A DNA stretch of 63,439 bases, filler included, from Octopus bimaculoides (taxonomy: Eukaryota), in assembly GCF_001194135.2 (NCBI RefSeq). It is 6 parts of 6 records of this genome, joined end to end, with 100 filler letters (N's around TTAATTAATTAA, not from the genome) between each part and the next. Parts side by side here need not be neighbours in the genome. Positions count along the whole stretch, not along the records: positions 13,982 to 45,941 come from NC_068990.1; positions 46,042 to 55,854 come from NW_026393020.1; positions 55,955 to 59,359 come from NW_026401002.1; 3 more parts are not named here. One strand, written 5' to 3'. The translations under genes and the position numbers were made by a program. Shown here in pieces: positions 39,508 through 56,139 of this stretch. Under the pieces are notes generated by a model. It did no database searches. It worked only from the letters and a program-made list of their open reading frames with translations, and was not told the origin of the DNA. Within the stretch, counting starts at the first letter, position 1; each line of letters begins with the position of its first letter.

Positions 39508-39903
39508 CTAACACACACACACATACACAATGAACATCTTTCAGTTCCTGCCTATCAAATTTCGTTTAGAGACGAAAATTGCTGAAGGTACTTCACAGTA
39601 GGAAACCACAAGCACGAGAGAGGTTGACATGTCCATGAGAAGACTAAAGAGGTTCTCAACTCTGTAGTGTCTCCATACATTCAAGACACTAGGACCAAGC
39701 AGAAATGAGTAGAAGAGAGAGGATGAAAGTACGGAGGGTATGCAGTGGCACATGTGGTTGTATTGATGGAAGAGTGACAATGCTGAGGGAGTAATGGAGG
39801 AGAGACAGTAATGGAAGCTACGTAATTGCTGGTGCACGAAAGACAAATTGTAAAGCATATGATTAAAAATACAAAAATAAACTATAACAAAATCTCTACT
39901 CAC

Positions 39904-40008
39904 TGTACTGATTCCTGCTCCAGTATAGACACAAATACCTTTTGACTTCTTAATAGCTTCAGCAAGTTGATCACATTTCTGTTTGAGTACTTCAGCAGAA
40001 TCTTCAAT
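39904..40008 (-). CDS. SIRT7: SIRT7 coding exon 3 (IEDSAEVLKQKCDQLAEAIKKSKGICVYTGAGIST)
   Basis: Sirtuin NAD-binding motif YTGAGIST; TTTCAG acceptor and GTGAGT donor; 105 nt. Confidence 0.97.
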
Positions 40009-41297
40009 CTGAAACAAACGATTCAGAATAAACAATAGTCAACACTTTTGGTGCCAACATGTCTGAGACCATCCTTGACAGATAATCTCAGCAGTGTTGA
40101 AAATAAAACTTTCATTTTAAAGCATTTGTATTTAAATTTAAAAAACCTTGCACCAAGAATTCATGTCAATTTATGTTCCAATCATCAGTTTAATGAATAA
40201 TTTAGTTATTCATCATTACTTTCAAAATTAAGGTGGCAAACTGGCAAAATTGTTAGCACACCGGGCAAAATGTTTTGCGGCATTTCAGCTATCTTTACAG
40301 CTTGAGTTCAAATTCCGCCGAGGTCAACTTTACCTTTCATCCTCCTGGGGTCAATAAAATAAGTACCAGTTGAGTACTGGGGTTGACCCCATTAATTAAC
40401 TTATCTCTTTCCCAATCTTGATGGCCTTATGCCAAAATTTGCAATCATCATTTTCAAAATTAATATATGTAAGGTGTATTTCATAAGAAACATGGTCACA
40501 AAAGGGTTAACAAATAAGTTAAATAAAATCTAGAATACTAGGAAACTAATTCAATAAGTTAGTTAACCAATTATCACATAGATATACTTACACATTAGTT
40601 GTCACAATTAAAAATCAATGAACATTAAATCCTGTTAAAGTAAACTATTGAATTGTTACGAGAAAAATTACTTTAGCAAAGGGTCCAGATTATTAGCAAA
40701 TAATTCTGGTCATTCCAGTTTGATAAACATGAGGAAACCTCTCCAGGGTTGCTTGGTCTACTAGAAACAGTAGCTAAATCTCCTTTCAATCACACTTTTA
40801 CTACTTCAAAAGCAGACAGGTACATTGGATAATGTAGTCCAAGATAAATTGTCTGAACAAAAGTTGACTGAAATGTCTTTGATCAGAAATTTCTCTCCTT
40901 AAGCCTGATCTATGGCTAAAAAACAACAAGGTATTGATCAACATACACATAGGTAGTCAGTTCAAATCCACCACAGTATGTCATTTTGTGTTTCCAAGTA
41001 CAAAAATGTATTCTACATTGCCTTAGTAGTTGCAGGGAACAAATGAGTACCACCAGATCATTTGGGAACGGTACTTGTGATTGACTGGTATCCTATCCAG
41101 GGAGAGGCATATCTATCCTCCACCTAACACCTATTAAACCAAAGCTTGCAACTGGAATGCTTAAGAGCTGATCGATCTGTGATGTACATAGCTCTGACCA
41201 CCCAAAGTTATGCATGTATCACCTGTTTTTAAAATAAAAAGTTACAAGCTTTATGATAAAACAGATATTGCTAGGGATTAAATTATTTGTTTGTTAC

Positions 41298-41435
41298 CTC
41301 CATTGCTCGTCTTTTTAATTTACATCGAATTTTTGCTCTTTCTACAGCTTTTTTAACCAGATCCGGATTTGTTTCAAGAATTACAGACTCCTCAGCACTT
41401 CTTTCTTGTTCAGGCTTCTTTAAGATTTTGTTGAT
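41298..41435 (-). CDS. SIRT7: SIRT7 coding exon 2 (INKILKKPEQERSAEESVILETNPDLVKKAVERAKIRCKLKRRAME)
   Basis: T-rich tract plus AG acceptor, GAG|GTAACA donor, 138 nt phase 0-0; matches the SIRT7 N-terminal helices (human VSRILRKAAAERSAEE...LKRRQEE). Confidence 0.92.
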
Positions 41436-42680
41436 CTTTGAAAAAAAAAAAAAGAAAGCAATGTATTAATAATGCATTGTACAAATGAACAAATTCTATA
41501 GATTCTTAATCCTTCATGCATAGGAAAAACTGTACTTTTTTTAATCCTTTTTCTTTTTTTTACATGACTTAGTGAAAGACAGGTAGCATTTCTGGTATAT
41601 GTATATATCAGGACTTCTTTCTGGCTGCATGTATATGTATTTGCATAATTGAACTAACATTGGGTATTGAAAAACTGGTACATTGAACAAAAAAAGGTTT
41701 GTCTACATTGGCTCCCTTACATTGAGTTGATGTCGTCTTTTGTCTTCCATCAATGTCAATACCTTTGTCTGATTTACATTTGACCCCTTTTTTTTTGTTG
41801 TGCTATAGTCCCTATTGTTTCCATAAAAAGAGACAAATATTATTTCTTGTCGTATATATATGGCGATCTTTCGATACTAGTCCGTTACATATATATATAT
41901 GCTTGTATGTATGTAATGAAACAATAGTTATACTTTTAATAGTGAAACTATTATGTTTACATAACAACGACATGTTATAGTTTCACTTTTGACACGTAAT
42001 ACCGCAACCATCTAAGGGATTGCTCCGAGCTCGCATTAGGCAAGGCGTTGAAAATTTTTTGGGTTCATGAAACTCAGTTGACCCTAAGTAGTCCATGTGT
42101 AAAATTTGAATGATATCGGTTGGGTAGTTCTAGAGTGATAGGGATGTACACAATACAGACACACATAGACAGAGAGACATATTCTCAGTGTTACATTTAT
42201 GAATAAAAGGAGATATAAATAGAAGTTACTTCCCCTTGTTCTATTGACAGTTCTTCACAAAATAAACAATTATTGTTGGACCTTCGGCTGTCTAACTACA
42301 AGGTAACTCTGAGCAAACAGACAGATCTGTAGTAACGCCTGTGCATGCGTAGTATTAAACAAGCAAGCGTTTCCCGCTCAATTCATTCTCTTTCTCGTTG
42401 GCCAGCAATTGAGCATGGACGTGTGTTTAAAGCTGTCTCTACATCTTTCGGTCTTATACTCGACAGCTCGTTATTCTCACCTCTAAAGATGTATAACTAA
42501 AGATATGTATGTTTACCACCTAAATAAATGTTGTTTGAGTTGTTTAGTCTGGAGTTCAGCGTTCTGTTGTATTCTTATTTTATAGTAGAAAGTCAGGTAT
42601 ACAATCTAAATATCTATAAATAATCAAATGCGTTCTAGCCGTAATCATTCCGTCTTTTTTTTTTTTTTTTTAAGATAGTA

Positions 42681-43059
42681 GGGTGGAGATGGAGTATATG
42701 TAATCTGGGTATACACCCCCCTTTTAAATTTTGTTTTTTTTACGGAATCCTATGTTTCAGACCATGGAGAATCCGATTCTGAAAAAAAATTTTCAAAAAT
42801 CTCAATTTCAATCCCCCCACCCCCGGTTTTTATATAGATCCACAGGGTAAACCTAACCCTAGCTCAAACCCTAACCCTAACACTAGTTTTGTGAGATTTG
42901 GCTGTTATTTCTAGCATGTAAATAGCCTGCTTGGGGGGGGGGGATTGAAATTTTTCTTCAGAATCGGAATCTTCATAGCCTAAAACGTGGGATTCCGTAA
43001 AAAAAAATTAATTAATAAGGGGGGGAAAGGTTTAGATTACATATAGTCCATCTCTACCG
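42681..43059. mobile_element. MITE with long imperfect TIRs and a 6-bp flanking direct repeat, in SIRT7 intron 1
   Basis: GGGTGGAGATGGAGTATATGTAATCT...TTTTACGGAATCC...CCGATTCTGAA mirrored at 42945-43059; ATAGTA at 42675-42680 and 43060-43065. Confidence 0.75.
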
Positions 43060-44163
43060 ATAGTAGAATGTAATTCGATGGAGATTTGATTGTTGCAGGT
43101 TGAATGAATGACCAAATGAAGAATGCGGTTCTCGCATCCCAGCCGTCATTTAAGAGGAAGGGAAGAGTTATTTGTGAGAGTCTAGTTCCCTATTCATAAC
43201 AAATTTGACTATTAGAGAACTCAATAAGCATCACCACAACGGACTTGTATGAAATAAGAAAAGATCAACTTTATTGGGGGGAGGGAAGAGATGGCTATAT
43301 TTAAATTTGGGAACCCTGAGGATGTCATTAAAAATTCCTAGTTATTATATATTATTAACTATGACGATGGATTGCAGAATCAGTAAAGCGACAGACTAAC
43401 TGCATTTGTATATGGCCACGTACTTTCACGTCTGTGTTCAAATTTCGCTGAAGTCGATTTTATATTTCGTCCTTCCAGGGCTAATAATTAACTATTGTTA
43501 AGTGCTTGGATCGATGTAATTGGCCGCGTCCATTCCCTAAAACATGTGGTCAAGTGTTTATGATAGATATCATTATTATAATTACCCAAGAAAAATAATT
43601 AAACACAAATTTCTTGGAATTAACCTCAAGGCCAATTTTTGGAGTGGGAGTGTCTTTGTATACCTTTAAGGTAATTACTTTCATCAAGATCAGGTTTCTG
43701 AACCCATCAGAATACGGCATGGCATTTAACACGTGTAAGAGCAGTCACACACACATACGTGTTCATTTCAAACTTATGAACGTTAGATACTCAAGCAGAG
43801 ACGGTTATCTGAGTGAATCGATTCTCAGTATATTACTGGTACTATATCATCCTGTCCACAACGCAAACTGAGGATGGTTAACAATTATACAATGAATAAT
43901 TATTTATCAATTTACTAAGAGCTATTTATTATACGTCTCTTTTATAGTACTGTACATAGAATAGATTTTTCACTACAGGACTTTTTAGAGAATAAATATT
44001 TCAAAGCAAACATTAAACAGAGACTACTTCGAGGTGATCTATATGTAGAAATAAAAACAACAAAGTTGATTTCACTTTGTAAATGCAATCACACTACTTC
44101 ATAATTATACATTATTAAGTCAAATGAAAAGTGTTCAGTGAAGAATATTTTTTTGATTTTTAC

Positions 44164-44283
44164 CTGAAATACTCTCTTTCGTGATTCCTGCAGCATTATC
44201 ATTTGATCGAGGGAATCCGATTTCCGTTTCTGACGCCGAGAGAACGTCAGAGGATCTAAATTTTGATACTCTGTCGACGCCAT
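44164..44283 (-). CDS. SIRT7: SIRT7 coding exon 1 (MASTEYQNLD...ESRKRVFQ, 40 aa)
   Basis: ATG at 44283, CAG|GTAAAA donor at 44163, phase 0; joins in frame to exon 2; the end aligns with human SIRT7 ...RERLRQ. Confidence 0.8.
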
Positions 44284-45154
44284 CCTTGCTTGTTTGGCCG
44301 CTTAAGAACATCACAAAACAGGTTTTCTTTTATGTTTTTGCTTGTATCAAAACGTTACTCCATACAATAATGTAATTATAAATATATTCTTATTTAATCA
44401 TTACTTTTCTTTTTCTTCACACAAAATATCTTTAGAAGAAGAAAAACTATATTAAAATACGTATATATAAAAGTGATTTTTCATTGTTGTTTATGTTCGT
44501 GTTGTACTAAGCGACAATAGTTCCCAAAAGTCTTTGAATTCTTCCTTCAACTTCAAAAGTATCCAATGTCTGCTGTAAAGATATTCTCCAAAAAGTTCCA
44601 GTTTATAAATGATGAACCGAAAGAAACTTTGAGCATTGTTATTCCAGAGGTATATCTGTAGTTTTATAATTATTATTCTCTTATTATTATTTCTTTGAAA
44701 TTAAATAGAATTGTCTTTATCCCTTATTCGCACTGAACTTCATATTTGACAATTTGTAATTTATTTCTTTTGAGAATATTACAATTAAAATTCAGTAAGA
44801 AAAATACAGAACACAGTTTATGAAGTAAACTAAAAGGAACGAAAAGCAGGAACTCAGTAAATGAATAAATAAAATAAAAAGACGCACATTGTTTTATGTA
44901 TTGAGTCATTTACACAGTTTGCTTAGTAATGTTGTATCTGTTGAGCATACAAAACTACATCCGAAATAAAGCTTTACATAAGATATAGTCATGACATCGT
45001 TCCAGTACACTCGTATTCTTTAATTTATCTTGGTAAAAAAAAACAACTTATATTTTAATTACATAATGTCTAACTAAATACTAGAGGTGATATATTGTTA
45101 ATACAGTTATAATTTTTCGTACTATTAAACTTTTTGGAGATAATTATTTTTCTC

Positions 45155-45453
45155 TATACCTACAGGTATGTGCCCACCCCCACCGACTTTTTTGTTCATT
45201 TCTGAAAAACGCATGTATTTTTATGAAATTTTCCAGAGATACGTTTCAGTTGGTGTAGTTTACGGTTCTATCGGAGTTTGTTATAAAAATTCTTTTCCGG
45301 AGGGGTGAATGAGGAGTTTCGGATAATTCACACATTTCGACTTTATTTCCTCGTAACTCTCTCAAAAATGAATATTCTTCTAATAAAATTTTCATTGCAT
45401 ATGCTGTACGCAGTACATCACCCTCCTTGGGGAGGTGGATACCGGAAGGTATA
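45155..45453. mobile_element. Short-TIR MITE upstream of SIRT7
   Basis: TATACCTACAGGTATGTGCCCACCCCC mirrored imperfectly by GGGGAGGTGGATACCGGAAGGTATA. Confidence 0.45.
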
Positions 45454-46380
45454 TATATATATGTAAGGAACGACCGTGCGAACTCAAAAGGAGAAATGGT
45501 GACGAATGGAAAAACAGAGGACTCCTTTTATTTAAACGTGTCACACGGTCGAACACAAAAATATATCAAATGATGATATACATGATATGCTATGCGACGA
45601 TAACATAGATGACCAGTAATGAAAGACCACAACCGTATAAAATGAATAACAGAGATATTTATTGTAGCGTTAAAGATGTATGTCTGTGTGAGAGTGTGAA
45701 TGCGACATATAAGAACAATATCAAAGACAGGCCGTCGTACAAAGAAAAGTATGTGAGTGATACATGTGTGTGTATGAAGGTTATTACAGCAGATAGAAAG
45801 AGAGTCAATAACACGTGAGCAATTATACCAGTTCTTTAGTACACTATAGGAAAAGTTCTGTATGTGAAAGTGAGGAGGCTTAGTTTGGCAGAGCTGATCA
45901 CTACTTGTGATGTCGTGGCATCGATGCCGGGCCGTGATTCTNNNNNNNNNNNNNNNNNNNNNNNNNNNNNNNNNNNNNNNNNNNNTTAATTAATTAANNN
46001 NNNNNNNNNNNNNNNNNNNNNNNNNNNNNNNNNNNNNNNNNATATATACATGCATATGTATATGTGTGTGTGTGTGCGTACTTATATATCTACAGACATC
46101 GACATACAGATAGACAGAGAGGGACGTAGAAAACGCGTGCCTGCGCACACACAGACACACACATTTCTTTAACATCTGTCGCAAAATCGAGCACGCATAT
46201 ATGACGGTACATGCGCGCACATATACACACTCACATACACATACACACACACACGCACTACACACACACATTTGTATCTTATATATCTGTACGTTTTATT
46301 ATATATGATATATCAAAAATAAATCTATTAATCAAAGAACAATAAACAAAAATCAAAGTTGCGATAAAATGAGGAAAAAC

Positions 46381-46440
<60 letters not shown>

Positions 46441-46794
46441 AAAATAAAGAACAAAAACAACAGCAAAAAAAAACTAACCCATAAAAGTGTCACATGATTG
46501 TAAATAGAGGTTTACAAGTAGACAAACACTTTGAAATCGATAACTTCAAGAAAGGAGTATGTATGAAGGGGAGATAATAAATTTGCACCGATGACAATGG
46601 TTGGCATTTTGTGACAGTAAGAGACAATGGGTGACAACAATTGACATTGGACGAGATATGAATGGAACTGTCATCCATGATTTGCCTTAGAACTGTGCTC
46701 AGAATTGACACATTTATTTTTTTGTACCTGCTTTTGCAATCTACATGCGTTTCTGCCTGTCTATATATATATATAAGATATATTAATATCTAAG

Positions 46795-46831
<37 letters not shown>

Positions 46832-49800
46832 NNNNNNNNNNNNNNNNNNNNNNNNNNNNNNNNNNNNNNNNNNNNNNNNNNNNNNNNNNNNNNNNNNNNN
46901 NNNNNNNNNNNNNNNNNNNNNNNNNNNNNNNNNNNNNNNNNNNNNNNNNNNNNNNNNNNNNNNNNNNNNNNNNNNNNNNNNNNNNNNNNNNNNNNNNNNN
47001 NNNNNNNNNNNNNNNNNNNNNNNNNNNNNNNNNNNNNNNNNNNNNNNNNNNNNNNNNNNNNNNNNNNNNNNNNNNNNNNNNNNNNNNNNNNNNNNNNNNN
47101 NNNNNNNNNNNNNNNNNNNNNNNNNNNNNNNNNNNNNNNNNNNNNNNNNNNNNNNNNNNNNNNNNNNNNNNNNNNNNNNNNNNNNNNNNNNNNNNNNNNN
47201 NNNNNNNNNNNNNNNNNNNNNNNNNNNNNNNNNNNNNNNNNNNNNNNNNNNNNNNNNNNNNNNNNNNNNNNNNNNNNNNNNNNNNNNNNNNNNNNNNNNN
47301 NNNNNNNNNNNNNNNNNNNNNNNNNNNAATAAATATGATATCACCAGGACATGAACGAAGTTTTATTTGACTGTTTTGTTCGCCGGATTGTCACGAAGTT
47401 ATCTTCATCGGATTTAATTTTTTTATGTGTGCAAAGCGTTTATCTAATAAAAGTAAATAAAACGTCAGGTTTAGAGCGATAATATAATGATAAAGAAGTA
47501 GAGCTAAGACGAGGAGAGGTACTTGAAGAAAAAAAACAATCAAGTTATACATACATATATATACAGTAGAATAAATACGTATGCATAATCTATATCTTCT
47601 GTCGACGCAGAATAGATATTTCCGGTAATAAAAAATTATATGCGCCCGATACTGTCATCAACGGATGAGAAAGAAAGTACTAACTTAACTCCACTGGTTA
47701 TAAGCACCCGGATAATCAAATCAGGTTATAAAGTAATATCGAAGACACAAACACACATATATTTCCATTGCCTGAAACTGCACTGCAAAGTGTTATTTGA
47801 ACAATCCAATTTCGTAAATTAGTTTTGGATTATAGCTGAAATTATGAATTTGAAAATTCCAGTAATCTTTGTTAGGAATTTCTCTGATAAACTGGTTGAG
47901 TCTTAATCACGCATCCTCATTAAGAAAAAATGAATTTCGTAAGATAGATAGAATGTCCCCCAAATGGCTGTAGATACTAAATGCTATTCAACTGGAACGA
48001 CGCTCAAGTTAGCTACAACTAAACAAGAAACAATAAACAGCATCCTAACCACATACAATATTATATTTTAAATCCCAGCTCGATAACTTAAAGCAAATAC
48101 AATTGCATTAGATCGAAGCCATAAATGCTAATTGCCTCACTTGAAGTAATCTACAATACAGGAGCAAGGATAAATGGTTAATACTATATAAGGCTTGTAA
48201 GTGATGAGTTTAAAGCCAGATACGCACAACACACATACTTGTTCCACAATTTAAAATATATGTATATATATATTGACATTTCAATAAAATGGCCTTTTCG
48301 GCTTGATGAAGAAAATTATTTAAATATAAATATGAGCTGGGTAATGATAGAGACCCGCTCCTTATATTAATTCTTTCAGTATTTGCAACTCGTGTACAAC
48401 AGTATGATGTAATTAGGCAAGAATGTCTTTCTGACTGATCAGAAGATATGAGTTAGTTTCACGTTACCAACACCAAAATAAATTACTTTTTTTTTGAAAA
48501 AAAAAAAAAAAGATTTCTGGCTTTATTGGGAACAAGATAAATTTTCGATGACAGAACATCAGCGGAAATAACAATAGAGCAACATCGATACAGTCACCAA
48601 GGTAACAACAAAACTAATTAGCCACGAAAAAGAATGATAGTTTAGAGTCACCATTTATAAAATCAACCGATCCCCATAGAATATATCAAAAACATCTTTA
48701 GCAAATTCAGATAAAAAAATATCGATTTATATAGTAAAGAATCACTAAATAAGATATAAGTGAAGCAGCCAACAAGCTGCTACAGGACAAATGGAGAAAC
48801 ATGGAAAGAATAGTTATAAAACAAATAAACAACTCAGGCATAAAAGCTCGTAGCAAAACAGGAAACGATTATGCAATTAATCAAATAGCGAAAGATCGAC
48901 CACTGAACTAACTAACGGGAACGACATACAAGAAGTAATTTCTGGAACAAAATAAGAAAACAAACAAATGAAACCAACAAACTGAACAAAAACAAGTTCA
49001 GATGAACGGAATCCGAAAAGATATATAATAGAGAATTTCAAAGTATAAAAAATAAAATAAACAATGAACGGCAATTATAAAGAGCATCCATAACAAACAA
49101 CAATGTAAAACTTACAACGAAAAACATAGCTTCAGATAAATAAATAAACCCGTTCCACTGTGTACATGTAGCCCTCTATATTATCAAAAGAAGACAATCT
49201 GGGTCTGAAGATCGTAGTGGCGAACATTTACACATTGCATGAGCTTCTCCATTCCGCTTTTCTTGACAAACTGTTGCATTAGAGTTGTCAGACGTTGGTA
49301 CACTGTCTACGTGTCCGAACATCTGACTATTTGACAAGGTGCACGTGTCCTATGCCCAGGAACATTTAAGTAATGTGCAGCTCAGTCTAATTGTTATNNN
49401 NNNNNNNNNNNNNNNNNNNNNNNNNNNNNNNNNNNNNNNNNNNNNNNNNNNNNNNNNNNNNNNNNNNNNNNNNNNNNNNNNNNNNNNNNNNNNNNNNNNN
49501 NNNNNNNNNNNNNNNNNNNNTATATATATATATATATATATATCTGTAAAAATATATATGTGTGTGTGTATGTATAAATATAGATAGATAGATAGAAAGA
49601 TATAGACATATATGCCTACATATACATAAACACTCTCACACACGCACACACACATATATAATATGTATAATATATAGTATAAGGTAAAATAAATCAGAAC
49701 GAAAAGACAGACAAATACCGTTATGCATTTCACTCGGAGCGTTAGCGTTTCTGCCAAATCGCCGCGTTAGAATATGAACATTCATTTTAGAAATAGATTC

Positions 49801-50252
49801 TCATCTTAACATTATTGCTTGGGGCGTTACTTCTTACTTCCTCACTTACTGACAATGAATTTCATGATATTTCACCTCATAACATTTTTCTACTAATTTT
49901 TGTTCAATGCGACTAACGATTCTGAATTTCTCATGCATTTTTCTATCATTTAAGCCTAAAAAAAGTATACATTCATTTTAAAATTAAAAAAATATGCTAA
50001 TTGAAGATGAATAGGTGCCTTACTACCCCCTTGAGGTCGCAGATATTTTGGTGTAATTTTTTTTCTACTGAACCAAAACTCAAACTATTTATGCCAAATT
50101 GTAGCTGAGGAGATGTCCTCTTTAAAACTGTTAACAGTTTGCAATTAGTTGAGAACTGATTTAGTGGTGAAGCTTGGAAGCTGCTGCAATAAACGAAATG
50201 ATGGACTTAACCGCTACCGTTGATGGATTCAACCGCTACCGTTGTTGATGCA

Positions 50253-50301
<49 letters not shown>

Positions 50302-50764
50302 GTATGTATATGTATGTGTGTGTGAGTGTTTGTATACTGATGCACTTATGTACATGTACGATCCCTTCTTACATATCAGCGACCCCCAGAATTTTTTACA
50401 CCAGNNNNNNNNNNNNNNNNNNNNNNNNNNNNNNNNNNNNNNNNNNNNNNNNNNNNNNNNNNNNNNNNNNNNNNNNNNNNNNNNNNNNNNNNNNNNNNNN
50501 NNNNNNNNNNNNNNNNNNNNNNNNNNNNNNNNNNNNNNNNNNNNNNNNNNNNNNNNNNNNNNNNNNNNNNNNNNNNNNNNNNNNNNNNNNNNNNNNNNNN
50601 NNNNNNNNNNNNNNNNNNNNNNNNNNNNNNNNNNNNNNNNNNNNNNNNNNNNNNNNNNNNNNNNNTTTGGTAGGAACAGGAAGGAGGATATTATTCTAAG
50701 AACTTAGTTTCTTCAAACGTTTTACGCTAAAACGCAGTCTTTTGGTTTTATTTGTCTAAGTCAA

Positions 50765-51005
50765 GGGTCACCAAACTACGCATTTGCCTCCAGTATGGCA
50801 TCAGTGTTTAGAACAACTTATATCTGTGAGCAAACATTTTCAAAAATGAAGTGTGTGATGTCAGCCCATCGAACAAGATTGACTGATAAACATTTGAAAG
50901 CAATTCTCTTGGTTGGATGCAGCAATTCCAAAGCAAATATTGATGATGCCTTAAAAGCTAAACGCCAGTTTCACAAATCTTACAAACCTTTTTTTGCTCT
51001 TTAGT
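50765..51005 (+). mobile_element. hAT (Buster/SPIN/GTF2IRD2-like) transposase C-terminal dimerisation fragment
   Basis: ASVFRTTYICEQTFSKMKCVMSAHRTRLTDKHL matches the hAT F.STY.CE..FS.MK...S..R.RLTD.HL motif. Confidence 0.85.
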
Positions 51006-51987
51006 TTATGAGATTCGGATATGTGCACACTGGGTGTGATAAAACTATCTTGTTGCTAACGTCGCCTTCTTTGATAACTTTTTGGTAAGTAAATATGTTG
51101 GTTATCTTTATTTTTTGTGTATTCACTGTATTGTATAGAACAAAATGGTTATGCGGTCCGCACTTGTCATTCTCTCAGTTATTTGACCTGCTGTGAAAAA
51201 AGTTTGGTGACCCTGGCCTATGTAATTGTCTTTCGAAAATTTAGATGTACTATGTTAAATTTCATTTTAACAGTACTATTGTTCTCAGACAGTATATTGG
51301 CCTGGAGAATTCTTTTATAATAAGGTTTTACGACTTTATAAGTTTAAGAAACCTAAAAGAAAATATGATACTGTATTGTCACTAAGAGAAAGAAGACTAT
51401 GTTGCTTTTAATTTTTAATGTTAGAAACTAAGTCATTCCATACCTTACGGACATTGCAATTTTCGTTGTCTGTGCTGCTAACTTTCTTTGAACGAGTTGA
51501 AAAAGAATATTTCAAAACGAAAATGATTTAAATAAAAGGTCGAAAATGCATGGGTTTTGCAGAGAGACTGCGAAGTTCATGCTTCTTTATTTCGCGCTTC
51601 CGAATATTGACAGATTGGTAAATTTTGAAAAGTAGGTTAAAGTATGCGTTCGTCTTCAAGACAGAAAGAATTTTGTTGGCTGGCAAATCTGATTTATTCG
51701 TCTGGAGGGGATAAAGATACGGTAGTGAGGATTGTCAAATTGATCGAAATAGATCTGTTAGACTACAAACCATTTGTGCTTCATTGACGAGGAACGCATT
51801 GCACAAAATCTGAGATATCAATATCTGTGTAGAAAGGTTCATGTTTATAACATTCTTGTATTTCTATAAGCATATTGAACGGATTCAATAGATGCGCACC
51901 GAGACACTGCATAATACATTTCATGAAACTTATACTGGACAAAATTCTTAGCACTGAATCTCTGCTATAAAGCATAATATAATGAGT

Positions 51988-52018
<31 letters not shown>

Positions 52019-52034
52019 CTTTTTCTCTATCTAT

Positions 52035-52096
<62 letters not shown>

Positions 52097-52157
52097 GTCT
52101 GTCTGTCTGTCTGTCTGTGTGTCTGCCTATCTATCTATCTGTCTGTCTGTCAGTTTG

Positions 52158-52247
<90 letters not shown>

Positions 52248-52401
52248 AGTTTGTTTCTCTCTCTCTCTTCCTCTATCTATCTCATATAATTCCCCAAAAC
52301 TCAGACTCGCATACGCACACATATATGTGTGCGTAGTTGTTTGCATGTGTTTCTGTGTGTGTTTGCATGTGTTCCTGTGAAGGGAGGATGAGAGAAGGCG
52401 A

Positions 52402-52466
<65 letters not shown>

Positions 52467-53149
52467 NNNNNNNNNNNNNNNNNNNNNNNNNNNNNNNNNN
52501 NNNNNNNNNNNNNNNNNNNNNNNNNNNNNNNNNNNNNNNNNNNNNNNNNNNNNNNNNNNNNNNNNNNNNNNNNNNNNNNNNNNNNNNNNNNNNNNNNNNN
52601 NNNNNNNNNNNNNNNNNNNNNNNNNNNNNNNNNNNNNNNNNNNNNNNNNNNNNNNNNNNNNNNNNNNNNNNNNNNNNNNNNNNNNNNNNNNNNNNNNNNN
52701 NNNNNNNNNNNNNNNNNNNNNNNNNNNNNNNNNNNNNNNNNNNNNNNNNNNNNNNNNNNNNNNNNNNNNNNNNNNNNNNNNNNNNNNNNNNNNNNNNNNN
52801 NNNNNNNNNNNNNNNNNNNNNNNNNNNNNNNNNNNNNNNNNNNNNNNNNNNNNNNNNNNNNNNNNNNNNNNNNNNNNNNNNNNNNNNNNNNNNNNNNNNN
52901 NNNNNNNNNNNNNNNNNNNNNNNNNNNNNNNNNNNNNNNATATATGTTCAAACGAGCTTTGTCCCTGTGGATCTATCATTTTTACTTTTATAAGTCAATG
53001 CCTGAATCGTTAAAAAAGTCTTCGAGTCTGTGTCAAAGATTCTACAGTCTTTTACACTCCAAAACCAAGAAGCTTACATCTATCTTATTGGCTCATTCAT
53101 TATATGCGAACGTTCGGTCACATTCGCTCATTCATACACCTACCTGTGC

Positions 53150-55854
<2,705 letters not shown>

Positions 55855-56071
55855 NNNNNNNNNNNNNNNNNNNNNNNNNNNNNNNNNNNNNNNNNNNNTT
55901 AATTAATTAANNNNNNNNNNNNNNNNNNNNNNNNNNNNNNNNNNNNNNNNNNNNATACATATGTATATGTATGTATATATACATGTCTGTGTATATATGT
56001 ATGTGTGTATATATATGTGTATATATATATATGTATATGCAAATATTTATATGTGTATATATATATGTATG

Positions 56072-56109
<38 letters not shown>

Positions 56110-56139
56110 TATATATATAAATGGATGTGTGTATTTTTC

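Larger units (their letters stand above)
25195..40450. mobile_element. Dispersed SINE family A copies: plus at about 25195, 31910, 38700 and 40228; minus at about 25430, 29370, 30250, 30490 and 36255
   Basis: Same B box and body motif read on either strand; boundaries approximate. Confidence 0.75.

Noticed and set aside
49170-49310. Minus-strand peptide TVYQRLTTLMQQFVKKSGMEKLMQCVNVRHYDLQTQIVFF with a helical-repeat look
   Set aside because: Short, no clear splice sites or partner exons, and no family I can name.
51781-51975. 64-aa minus ORF (ECYKHEPFYTDIDISDF)
   Set aside because: Only a vague resemblance to transposon proteins; not supportable.
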